This document shows, in pieces, positions 17,271 through 25,359 of a DNA stretch of 31,121 nucleotides (position 1 is the first letter of the stretch; each line of letters opens with the position of its first letter). The position numbers and the translations under genes are program-made. This DNA is from Clostridiales bacterium (GTDB lineage Bacteria > Bacillota > Clostridia > Oscillospirales > CAG-272): the NCBI GenBank assembly GCA_018370615.1, contig JAGZAC010000001.1:1-31121 (forward strand). The letters are read 5' to 3'. A model generated the notes under the pieces. That model made no database searches and was not told where the DNA came from. It saw nothing but the letters and a program-made list of their open reading frames with translations.

Positions 17271-18713
17271 GTGCAAAAAGAGACAAAAAAGAGGACAAAG
17301 CATTTTTATGATATAAACGGCGATCGGGACGGGAAAATCGAATTTTCGGAAGTGACCAACCTGATTGAGCAAAGCGTACACCATTATTCCCTCCAGGACC
17401 GGGAAACGCCCTATCTGTATCGGCAGCTGTACAGCTACGATGCCGTACCCCGTGTATCTTTCAACCACCGGTATGTGCCTATCAACATGCCGGCGGAAAT
17501 ATGGATTACGGATACGACCTTCCGAGACGGACAGCAGTCCCGTGCCCCGTTTACAGTGGATCAGATTGTGGACTTGTTCACGATGATGCATCGGCTGGGC
17601 GGCCCCAATGGGATTATCCGGCAGACGGAGTTTTTCGTGTATACGGAAAAGGACCGGGAAGCGCTGGCCCGTTGTATGGACCTGGGGTATGAATTCCCTG
17701 AGATCACCAGCTGGATTCGGGCGTCCACCCAGGATTTTCAATTGGTGAAGAGCCTGGGCATCAAAGAGACAGGCGTGCTGGTATCGTGCAGTGACTATCA
17801 TATCTACAATAAAATGGGACTTACCCGTGCCAAGGCCATGGATAAATATTTGGGTGTGGTCCAGGAGATTCTGGACATGGGTATTCGTCCCCGCTGCCAT
17901 TTTGAGGATATTACGAGAGCGGACTTTTACGGCTTTGTGGTGCCTTTTGCAAACGAGCTGCGCAAGTTGGGGGAGGCGGCAGGCATTCCGGTGAAAATCC
18001 GTGCCTGCGACACTATGGGCTACGGTGTCACCTATCATGGCGCGGCCCTGCCCCGAAGCGTTTCCGGCATTATATATGGCCTGATGCACTATGCAGGTAT
18101 TGATTCGTCTATGCTGGAGTGGCACGGCCACAACGACTTTTATAAGGTTGTACCCAATGCGGCGACCGCCTGGCTGTATGGAGCGTCCAGTGTTAACTGC
18201 TCTCTCCTTGGAATCGGAGAGCGCACCGGCAACTGCCCCCTGGAGGCTATGGTGATGGAATATGCTTCTCTGCGGGGCACCATGGATGGGATGGACCCCA
18301 CGGTGATTACGGAGATTGCCCGGTATTTTGAAAAAGAGATCGGTTACGAGATTCCTCCGCGGACTCCCTTTGTAGGACATGATTTCAATGTGACTCGGGC
18401 AGGGATCCACGCGGACGGATTGCTCAAGGACGAAGAAATTTACAATATATTTAACACGGAGTTGATTTTGAATCGGCCGGCATCTGTGGCAATCGACGCC
18501 CACAGCGGTCTTGCAGGGGTTGCCCACTGGCTCAACGCCCAGCTGCAGGAAAAGGGAATCGATAAAACCTACGGCAAACGTAGCAGCGCAGTGATAAAGA
18601 TTAAAGAATTGGTAGACGCCCAGTATGCAGCCGGAAGAAATACCACCATGAGCGACGCAGAGCTTTGTGAAATGGTGCGGCAGGTGATTCCTGCTCTGGC
18701 GGATAAGTTTTAG
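17271..18713 (+). CDS. Re-citrate synthase (DRE-TIM metallolyase, isopropylmalate/homocitrate synthase superfamily)
   Basis: ITDTTFRDGQQS, QTEFF, EDITRADFYGFV, EWHGHNDF, GIGERTGN and TRAGIHADG closely match clostridial Re-citrate synthase. No LeuA regulatory domain. GTG start at 17271 after AAGGAG, downstream of the promoter. Confidence 0.85.
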   Translation: MQKETKKRTKHFYDINGDRDGKIEFSEVTNLIEQSVHHYSLQDRETPYLYRQLYSYDAVPRVSFNHRYVPINMPAEIWITDTTFRDGQQSRAPFTVDQIVDLFTMMHRLGGPNGIIRQTEFFVYTEKDREALARCMDLGYEFPEITSWIRASTQDFQLVKSLGIKETGVLVSCSDYHIYNKMGLTRAKAMDKYLGVVQEILDMGIRPRCHFEDITRADFYGFVVPFANELRKLGEAAGIPVKIRACDTMGYGVTYHGAALPRSVSGIIYGLMHYAGIDSSMLEWHGHNDFYKVVPNAATAWLYGASSVNCSLLGIGERTGNCPLEAMVMEYASLRGTMDGMDPTVITEIARYFEKEIGYEIPPRTPFVGHDFNVTRAGIHADGLLKDEEIYNIFNTELILNRPASVAIDAHSGLAGVAHWLNAQLQEKGIDKTYGKRSSAVIKIKELVDAQYAAGRNTTMSDAELCEMVRQVIPALADKF

Positions 18714-18768
18714 AAGGCGCTGTTTGACTGCAGTTTTCCAGAATTTTTCGCAAAAAAGAAAATTTCTA

Positions 18769-18797
18769 TTGCATTTTGTCCTGCACCGTGCTATAAT
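18769..18797 (+). promoter_or_regulatory. Sigma-A promoter for secG
   Basis: TTGCAT (18769-18774), 17 nt, TATAAT (18792-18797) with an extended TG. Confidence 0.72.
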
Positions 18798-18860
18798 ACT
18801 TAGGCGTTCTATCTGAACATATCATTTTTGTTTATATATAGAAAGGTAAGGAGAAGCAAA

Positions 18861-19313
18861 ATGACAACAGCACAGCTTGTAATTGGTATTATTCTGATTG
18901 TATTTGCTGTTTTTTTGGTGATTGCAGTTTTGATGCAGCAGGGCAAGGCCCACAATTTGTCCGGTACGATTGCCGGCGGTGCGGAGACCTTTTTCGGAAA
19001 GTCCAAGGCACAGACGATCAACAAGAAGCTTTCTATTTTGACGACCGTTGTTGCGATTATTTTTGTACTGCTGGTGTGCTCCGTTTATATCATGCAGGAC
19101 ACCGGTGATGCTTCCGATTTTGGCAGCTTCTGGGGTATGGTGTTCGGCGAGAATGAGGATGAGGATGCCAATGCTGTCACAGATACTACCGCAGAAGATA
19201 CGACTGCCGAGGAGGCAACGACTGCGGCAGACGACACAACTGCGGTAGACGATGAGACAACGGCCGGCGATACGACAGCAGCAGAGACGACGGCAGCAGA
19301 CACTACGGCTTGA
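18861..19313 (+). CDS. secG: Preprotein translocase subunit SecG with an acidic Thr/Ala-repeat C-terminal tail
   Basis: Two TM helices flank VLMQQGK...LSGTIAGGAETFFGKSK. RBS AAGGAG precedes ATG 18861. Confidence 0.92.
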   Translation: MTTAQLVIGIILIVFAVFLVIAVLMQQGKAHNLSGTIAGGAETFFGKSKAQTINKKLSILTTVVAIIFVLLVCSVYIMQDTGDASDFGSFWGMVFGENEDEDANAVTDTTAEDTTAEEATTAADDTTAVDDETTAGDTTAAETTAADTTA

Positions 19314-19330
19314 GTGTATAAGATTTAAAA

Positions 19331-19802
19331 AGAACAATCCCCCTGTCAGCTTCGCTGACATCCCCCTTTGCACAAGGGGGACTTTTATTTTACGCTATCG
19401 CTGACGTGGCCCCCGGAGCTGCTGCGCACCTTCCCACAAGGGGTACTATTTATTTTAGGCTCCCCACAAGGGGGCCTGCACAAACTAAGCCTCCCCAGTG
19501 CGGGAGTTGCTACGCAACTCCTGGGGTGGTGCCGCTTTAGCGGCAGAGGGGTTGTCGCAACAGAACAATCCCCCTGTCAGCTTCGCTGACATCCCCCTTT
19601 GCACAAGGGGGACTTTTCAGCGTAAGCCTCCCCTGTGTAAGGGGAGGTGGTGCGGTTTACCGCACCGGAGGGGTTGTACAAGACAATCCCTCACCCGCTT
19701 CGCGGGATGCCCCCGGAGATGCTGCGCATCTCCCCACAAGGGAGCCATTTAGGTTAAATCTCCCCAGTGTGGGAGTTGCCGCTTTAGCGGCGGAGGGGTT
19801 GT
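19331..19802. repeat. Intergenic repeat cluster 2 (about 8 units, mostly alternating orientation)
   Basis: Y(-) 19334-19383; degenerate Y(-) ~19395-19447; mini-unit 19457-19477; X+insert(+) 19488-19555; Y(-) 19565-19614; X(+) 19625-19677; Y+insert(-) 19683-19746; shortened X(+) 19758-19802. 19331-19386 and 19562-19617 form an exact 56-bp direct repeat. Confidence 0.93.
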
Positions 19803-19854
19803 AATAGAACTCTTTCCAGTTAGCTTTTTTGCGGAGAGAATATATATCTCAACC

Positions 19855-19884
19855 TTGACTTTGCAGTACAAAGTGTGGTAAACT
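19855..19884 (+). promoter_or_regulatory. Putative sigma-A promoter for the DUF5107-like gene
   Basis: TTGACT (19855-19860), 18 nt, TAAACT (19879-19884) with an extended TG. Confidence 0.5.
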
Positions 19885-19921
19885 GACCACATATTGTATC
19901 GCGCAAAGGAGCATCGCGAAT

Positions 19922-21946
19922 ATGCCTACAACATTGCAAATTACTACTATCACCATGCCGTGTCAGCAGATGAACGGAGAGTCCTCTCTTCCCCCCCTCT
20001 CTAAACTGAATTTCTGGCACAGAAACGGAGATTCCGGCCTGTCGGAGGATGACGAACTTTTTATCGGCTATGGCCATGTGCCCTCTCCATTCCCTTATCG
20101 GATGCAGGATATGTATACCCGACCCCTGCAGGATACGGAAATGCTGGCAGTGGTTTTGGAGAATGAATACTTGATCGCTACTTTTCTGCCCCAGTGGGGC
20201 GGAAAGCTGATGTCTCTGTTTGATAAAGAGAAAAACAGAGATCTCCTATATAAAAATCCTGTGATGCGTCCCTGTAATCTTGCCTTCCGCAACGCATGGA
20301 CCTCCGGCGGCGTGGAGTGGAACTGCGGTATGTTCGGCCATCATGTACATACATGCGAGCCTATGTTCACCACGACAACGAAGCTCGCCGATGGCACGCC
20401 TGTGCTGCGCATGTACGAATTTGAGCGCATCCGCCAGGTGGTGCAGCAGATGGATTTCTTCCTCCCGGCAGGTTCCCGGGTCTTGTTTGCCCGCAATCGA
20501 ATTATTAACCCGCTGCCGGATGTGGTGCCTATGTATTGGTGGAGCAATATCGCCGTGCCGGAAACTCCGGATACCCGCATTATCGTAGATGCGGACGGCG
20601 CCTATGTGGCAGATAATAACACCAGCCTTGCCCCCATCCCAGAATATAACGGGGACGATGTGACCTATCCCATCAACGTGCCGGCAGCGGGAGACTATTT
20701 CTACAATATCCCGCCCAAGAAGAGAAAGTTTGAAGCTGCCGTAGATGCCGACGGATACGGACTCATCCATACATCCACGATGCGGCTGATTGGCCGGAAG
20801 CTGTTCTGCTGGGGACAAAATCCCGGCGGGGACCGGTGGCAGGAGTATCTGACCGAGGACGGCAGTGCCGACCGGTACGTGGAGCTTCAGGCCGGCCTTG
20901 CCCACACCCAGTATGAGTGTATCCCCATGCCGCCCAACACCACATGGGAGTGGCTGGAGGCATATGGTGCCCTGAATGCGGACGGCGACAGGGTTCACGG
21001 CGAATGGGAAGACGCTAAGACGGAGGTGCGGGAAAAGCTGGAAGCCATCATCACCGATGATGAAATGGACCGGATTCTAGCGGAGACAAAGGAAATGGCC
21101 AGAACTGCTGCAGACGGGGAAATGATTCTCTCCGGCAGCGGCTGGGGCGCACTGGAAAATATGCGCCGGGAGAAGCAGGGCCGGCCCCAGATGGCGCCGC
21201 ATTTGGATTTTGGAGAGGTCGGGTCAGAGCAGGCGGACTGGGTTTGCCTGCTGAATCGGGGATTTTTCCCGGAACATGACCCGGAAGAAGTGCCGCCTTC
21301 CTGGATGCTTCAGGAAGAGTGGGTGCATATGATGGAGAATGCTGTACACGGCGGGGATATGTTTTCCTGGTACGCTCATCTTCAGCTCGGTATTACCTAT
21401 TTGTGTATGAACCGTCTGTGTGATGCGGAAGAGCTTTTGGAAAAATCTATGCTTCTTCGACCATCCTGCTGGGCAATATACGGCCTAGCACATGTGAAAC
21501 TGCAAAATGGGAAAAGTGCCGCGGCGGCAATTCTTGCTGCGCGGGCGTATCGGATGCGGCCTGGAGATATTTCTCTTGCAAAGGAAGCGATGGAGCTGCT
21601 GGTGGGTGCGGAGATGTATGAGGACGCCCTGGAGCTTGCGGCGGGCATGGATGCCGATATGCAAAAGGTGGGAAGAGTACAGCTGTATACCGCCCAGGCC
21701 CACATCCAGCTAGGGCATATTGAAGAGGCGGAGGCCACGCTGTACGCCGGCGGCGGTGTAGTTCTTCCGGATATTCGGGAAGGAGAGCTGAGTATTACAG
21801 AGTTGTATCTGGATATTGCTGAACGGAAAGCGGCTCGTGATGGCGTGCCCTTTGACCGGGAAACGGCACCTGTTCCTCCGATTTTTGACTACCGTCAGTG
21901 TGACAGTACCCGCCGGCGCCCTGCCAGAAAAAGAGTACGGAAATAA
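19922..21946 (+). CDS. DUF5107-like domain protein with C-terminal TPR-like helices
   Basis: VVLENEYL...FLPQWGGKL.SL.DK...LLYKNPV, AWTSGGVEWN, YWWSN, GRKLFCWG and YVELQAG are recognised as DUF5107-type. Helical repeats at the C-terminus, RBS AAGGAG, no signal peptide. Confidence 0.8.
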   Translation: MPTTLQITTITMPCQQMNGESSLPPLSKLNFWHRNGDSGLSEDDELFIGYGHVPSPFPYRMQDMYTRPLQDTEMLAVVLENEYLIATFLPQWGGKLMSLFDKEKNRDLLYKNPVMRPCNLAFRNAWTSGGVEWNCGMFGHHVHTCEPMFTTTTKLADGTPVLRMYEFERIRQVVQQMDFFLPAGSRVLFARNRIINPLPDVVPMYWWSNIAVPETPDTRIIVDADGAYVADNNTSLAPIPEYNGDDVTYPINVPAAGDYFYNIPPKKRKFEAAVDADGYGLIHTSTMRLIGRKLFCWGQNPGGDRWQEYLTEDGSADRYVELQAGLAHTQYECIPMPPNTTWEWLEAYGALNADGDRVHGEWEDAKTEVREKLEAIITDDEMDRILAETKEMARTAADGEMILSGSGWGALENMRREKQGRPQMAPHLDFGEVGSEQADWVCLLNRGFFPEHDPEEVPPSWMLQEEWVHMMENAVHGGDMFSWYAHLQLGITYLCMNRLCDAEELLEKSMLLRPSCWAIYGLAHVKLQNGKSAAAAILAARAYRMRPGDISLAKEAMELLVGAEMYEDALELAAGMDADMQKVGRVQLYTAQAHIQLGHIEEAEATLYAGGGVVLPDIREGELSITELYLDIAERKAARDGVPFDRETAPVPPIFDYRQCDSTRRRPARKRVRK

Positions 21947-21992
21947 TACGCTGCCGAGAACGGGCATTCCTTCTTTGGGAAAATCGGGTGAA

Positions 21993-22335
21993 ACAACCCC
22001 TCCGGCGGCATAGCCGCCACCTCCCCTTGCACAGGGGAGGCGTAAGGAAAAAAAGTCCCCCCTTGTGGGGAGTTGCATAGCACCTCCCGCACTAGAGAGG
22101 CTAAAATGAAAAAGGCCCCCTTATGGGGAGTTGTGAAGCAACTCTGGGGGATTGTCTTGTACAACCCCTCAGTCGTTCTAACGAACGACAGCTCCCCTTA
22201 CACAGGGGAGGCTAAAATAAATAGTCCCCCTTGTGTAAAGGGGGATGTCAGCGAAGCTGACAGGGGGATTGTTTCCCTTTACTACAACCCTTCCGTTACG
22301 GCTTTACCGTGCTACCTCCCCCTTCCGGGGAGGCT
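21993..22335. repeat. Intergenic repeat cluster 3 (about 6 units)
   Basis: X(-) 21993-22041; fused Y-head/insert/X-head 22054-22102; shortened Y(+) 22113-22155; X(-) 22161-22213; Y(+) 22223-22272 (reverse complement of 19334-19383 with one mismatch); X(-) 22284-22335. Confidence 0.93.
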
Positions 22336-22397
22336 TTTTCTATATAAAAATCTCACATTTTTATGTGTTAAAATTCACAAAATAATGTGAATTCTCG

Positions 22398-22426
22398 TTG
22401 ACATATTTGCGTATCTGTGTTAAAAT
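22398..22426 (+). promoter_or_regulatory. Sigma-A promoter for the DeoR and YhcH genes
   Basis: TTGACA (22398-22403), 17 nt, TAAAAT (22421-22426) with an extended TG. Confidence 0.8.
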
Positions 22427-22454
22427 GAACAAAACTGCAGCAGGAGGGTGGCAC

Positions 22455-23246
22455 ATGTATAAGGATCGCAGAGAATGGGTGCGACAGCAGCTGATGCAGA
22501 AGCCCTTTGTGTCTTACAGTGAACTCTTCTCCCAATTTCCGGGTGTGTCACAAATGACCCTGCGGCGGGATATTGATTACTTGGAAAAAACCGGTGAGGC
22601 AATTAAGGTTCGCGGCGGCGCCCGCAGCGCCCGCTTTCTGGCGGAGACGATGGATGATCCCTATTTTTCCAGGATGTCGGAAAATTTAGAATCCAAAAGA
22701 AAGATCGCCGCCGGAGCTGTGCAGTTTCTGGAAGCAGGACGGTCCATTTTTTTTGATTCCGGCTCCACCTTGCAGCAGATGATCCCATATGTCCCGGATG
22801 AGCGGTTTATTTTTACTACTACAAGCCCCGCTGCGGCCATTGAACTGTCTCGGATCGGACGTCCGGTAATCAATTTGGTAGGCGGCTGGCTGGACCGGGA
22901 CTATCAGGCGGTGTCCGGCATGCAGGCCATGAAATATCTGGAGGATGTAAACATCGATATTGCATTCCTGTCTCCTTCGGGACTGTCGGCGCAAAGCGGG
23001 TTTACGGGAGGCAACTACAACGAATGCCAGCTAAAAAAGGCGGTAGCGGAAAAAGCACGGCTGGTGGTTATGCTGATGGATTTGTCCAAGGCGGAGAAAA
23101 GCCTGCCCTATACGTTCTGCCGGCTGGATCAGGTGCAGGTGCTGATTTGCGACGGGCCGCTGCCGCAGCAGCTGCAATTGCAGGCGGCGGCCTGCGATGT
23201 ACAGGTGATAGATGTAACAAGAGAAGAAACTGCGAGGGAAATATGA
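22455..23246 (+). CDS. DeoR/GlpR-family transcriptional regulator
   Basis: HTH GVSQMTLRRDIDYLE...VRGGA and sugar-phosphate sensor domain KRKIA...IFFDSGST. RBS AGGAGG precedes ATG 22455. Confidence 0.93.
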   Translation: MYKDRREWVRQQLMQKPFVSYSELFSQFPGVSQMTLRRDIDYLEKTGEAIKVRGGARSARFLAETMDDPYFSRMSENLESKRKIAAGAVQFLEAGRSIFFDSGSTLQQMIPYVPDERFIFTTTSPAAAIELSRIGRPVINLVGGWLDRDYQAVSGMQAMKYLEDVNIDIAFLSPSGLSAQSGFTGGNYNECQLKKAVAEKARLVVMLMDLSKAEKSLPYTFCRLDQVQVLICDGPLPQQLQLQAAACDVQVIDVTREETAREI

Positions 23247-23695
23247 TATTTGATACACTTGCCAACATAGAAAATTATAAGGGAATCAGCGAAAACCTGG
23301 ATCAGGCCATCGATTTTATCTGCAAAACGGATTTCGAAAAAAGTGCACAAGGAAAAACAGAGGTATGTGACGCATTTTACTATACCAAAGCCACGGTGCA
23401 GACAGGAGATATTGCCGACGCGCCCTTTGAGGCTCATAAAAAGTATATCGATATTTTTATTCCCCTTTCGGGAAGGGAAATTGTGAAAACGGCAGAGATA
23501 GGAAAGCTTACCGTTACATACGAATATCAGGACGCGGATGATTACTGTCTCTTAGAAGGCCCGGCGCAGACCAATATAATCAACACACCGGATACCTTTA
23601 CCATTTTGTTTCCCCAGGACGCCCATAATTCCGCCGGCGGCGTGGACGGGGAAGTGATTGCATTTGAAAAGATTGTGGTGAAGGTAAGGGTGTAA
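23243..23695 (+). CDS. YhcH/YjgK/YiaL (NanQ-like) family protein
   Basis: MIFDTLANIENY, FEAHKKYIDI, Y...DDY, ILFPQDAH and KIVVKV. ATG 23243 overlaps the DeoR stop. Confidence 0.9.
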   Translation: MIFDTLANIENYKGISENLDQAIDFICKTDFEKSAQGKTEVCDAFYYTKATVQTGDIADAPFEAHKKYIDIFIPLSGREIVKTAEIGKLTVTYEYQDADDYCLLEGPAQTNIINTPDTFTILFPQDAHNSAGGVDGEVIAFEKIVVKVRV

Positions 23696-23706
23696 GGTCT
23701 GCGTAA

Positions 23707-23901
23707 ACAATCCCTCCTTCAACTCTGTTGACACCACCCTGGGACTTGCGTAGCAAGTCCTCCGCAAGGGAGTCCTAATTTAGAAGGCCCCCTTGTGTAA
23801 AGGGGGCTGTCTGCGTTAGCAGACTGGGGGATTGCTCGGTCACAACCTCTCCGTCAGCTGTGCCGACATTACCCAAGGACAACTCCCACACAGAAGAAGC
23901 T
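23707..23901. repeat. Intergenic repeat cluster 4 (3 units, two of them degenerate)
   Basis: Insert-bearing unit(-) 23707-23775; Y(+) 23785-23834 AGGCCCCCTTGTGTAAAGGGGGCT-GTCTGC-GTTA-GCAGAC-TGGGGGATTG; degenerate X(-) 23842-23901. Confidence 0.85.
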
Positions 23902-24024
23902 TAAAGAAGGAAAAAATGAAAAACCATGATCTCTTTTTAGCCGACCTAGCTTGCGCTGCACTAAAATAACAAGGTTGAATAGTACATATACATTAAGCTA
24001 TACAGATAGAAAGGAAGAAACAAT

Positions 24025-25347
24025 ATGGCAAATCCAGTGATTATGCCGCGGCAGGGCCAAAGCGTAGAGGCCTGCATCATTACGGCGTGGCATAAAAAAG
24101 AAGGGGATGCGGTCAGTGAAGGAGAATTCCTCTTCTCCTATGAGACAGACAAGTCTGCCTTTGACGAGAAAAGCCCCGTATCCGGCACCCTGCTGAAGAT
24201 CCTTGCAGGGGAAGGGGATGTGGTGCCCTGTCTGGACACCGTGTGTGTGATCGGAGAAGCAGGAGAGGATATTTCCGCTCTTACTGGGAAAACACCGCCG
24301 GCAGAAACAAAGGAGGAAGCGCCTGCCGCGCCCACAGCGCAGCCACAGCCAGCTTCGCCTGCAGAGCCTGCCCCGCGGGAAGGAGACATTCTGCGTATTT
24401 CTCCTCGGGCAAAGGCGCTGGCGCTGAAAACCGGGGTGGATATGACCCGTGTGGTGCCTACCGGTCCCCACGGAAGAATTATTCAGCGGGATATTGACGC
24501 GGCGCTGGACAGCGGGTACCACGGAACCGTGGCGGATGTGGAAGCATACCTGGCGGGCGGTTACAAAGGCAGTCGGGCAGTGGCCGTTTCCCAAGGTACG
24601 GCGCTGGAGGCTGTGGAGCGGCAGGCGGAACAAGTGTACGTCACCGGCGGTGCGGATTTCGGTTTGTACGAGGAAGCGCCGATGACCGGGGTGCGCAAGG
24701 CGATTTCTCGTTCCATGTGTGCATCTCTCACCGAGATGGCACAGCTGACGCTGAACGCTTCTTTCGATGCAACTTCTATTATGGAGTACAGAAAGCAGCT
24801 GAAGGAGAATGCCGAGCTTCTGGGTCTGCCCAAGATTACTCTCAACGATATGGTTCTCTACGCGGTTTCCCGAACACTTCTGGACCATCCCTATATCAAC
24901 GCAAATCTGGTGGGAGAGACCTTCCGCCTGTTCCGCCACGCCAATATCGGCCTGGCAGTAGATACGGACCGGGGACTTTTGGTGCCCACGCTGTTCGGCG
25001 CGGATACTATGACCCTATCCCAGATTGCTGCGGCATCCAAGGAAGCGGCAGGACGGGCCCGCAGCGGCCAGCTGACGCCCGACGAGATGTCCGGGGGCAG
25101 CTTTACCGTAACGAATCTGGGGTCTCTTGGAATCGAAAGCTTCACCCCTGTGATTAACCCGCCCCAGACGGCAATTCTGGGTGTGTGCACCATTACCAAT
25201 CGGCTTCGGGCAGACGGAACGGTGTACCCCGCCATGGGACTGTCCCTTACCTTTGACCATCGGGCAGTGGACGGTGCCCCTGCGGCGAAGTTTTTAGCAG
25301 ATCTCTGCTCCATGCTGGAAAATTTCAATTTGCTGCTGGCAAAATAA
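24025..25347 (+). CDS. Dihydrolipoamide acyltransferase (E2) of a 2-oxoacid dehydrogenase-type complex
   Basis: One lipoyl domain (ETDKS), Pro/Ala linker, E3-binding domain (SPRAK...TGPHGRI) and catalytic FTVTNLG...PVINPPQ...DHRAVDG. Confidence 0.95.
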   Translation: MANPVIMPRQGQSVEACIITAWHKKEGDAVSEGEFLFSYETDKSAFDEKSPVSGTLLKILAGEGDVVPCLDTVCVIGEAGEDISALTGKTPPAETKEEAPAAPTAQPQPASPAEPAPREGDILRISPRAKALALKTGVDMTRVVPTGPHGRIIQRDIDAALDSGYHGTVADVEAYLAGGYKGSRAVAVSQGTALEAVERQAEQVYVTGGADFGLYEEAPMTGVRKAISRSMCASLTEMAQLTLNASFDATSIMEYRKQLKENAELLGLPKITLNDMVLYAVSRTLLDHPYINANLVGETFRLFRHANIGLAVDTDRGLLVPTLFGADTMTLSQIAAASKEAAGRARSGQLTPDEMSGGSFTVTNLGSLGIESFTPVINPPQTAILGVCTITNRLRADGTVYPAMGLSLTFDHRAVDGAPAAKFLADLCSMLENFNLLLAK

Positions 25348-25359
25348 GGGAGATACAGA

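Noticed and set aside
17271..18713. leuA (2-isopropylmalate synthase) call
   Set aside because: No C-terminal regulatory domain, no leu genes nearby, and the motifs match Re-citrate synthase better.
19368..19752. Short ORFs across the repeat clusters (19368-19589, 19498-19752, 21895-22164, 22073-22390, 30679-30939)
   Set aside because: They are translations of the repeats (recurring PLCKG/PCVKG/PPVS strings) and lack convincing RBS-start pairs.
19331..19802. CRISPR array interpretation of the repeat clusters
   Set aside because: Units alternate in strand, vary in length and sequence, have palindromic rather than unique 30-40 nt spacers, and no cas genes are present.
21993..22335. Classic MITE or IS remnants
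   Set aside because: No consistent terminal inverted repeats with target duplications bound the clusters, and no transposase fragment is recognisable.
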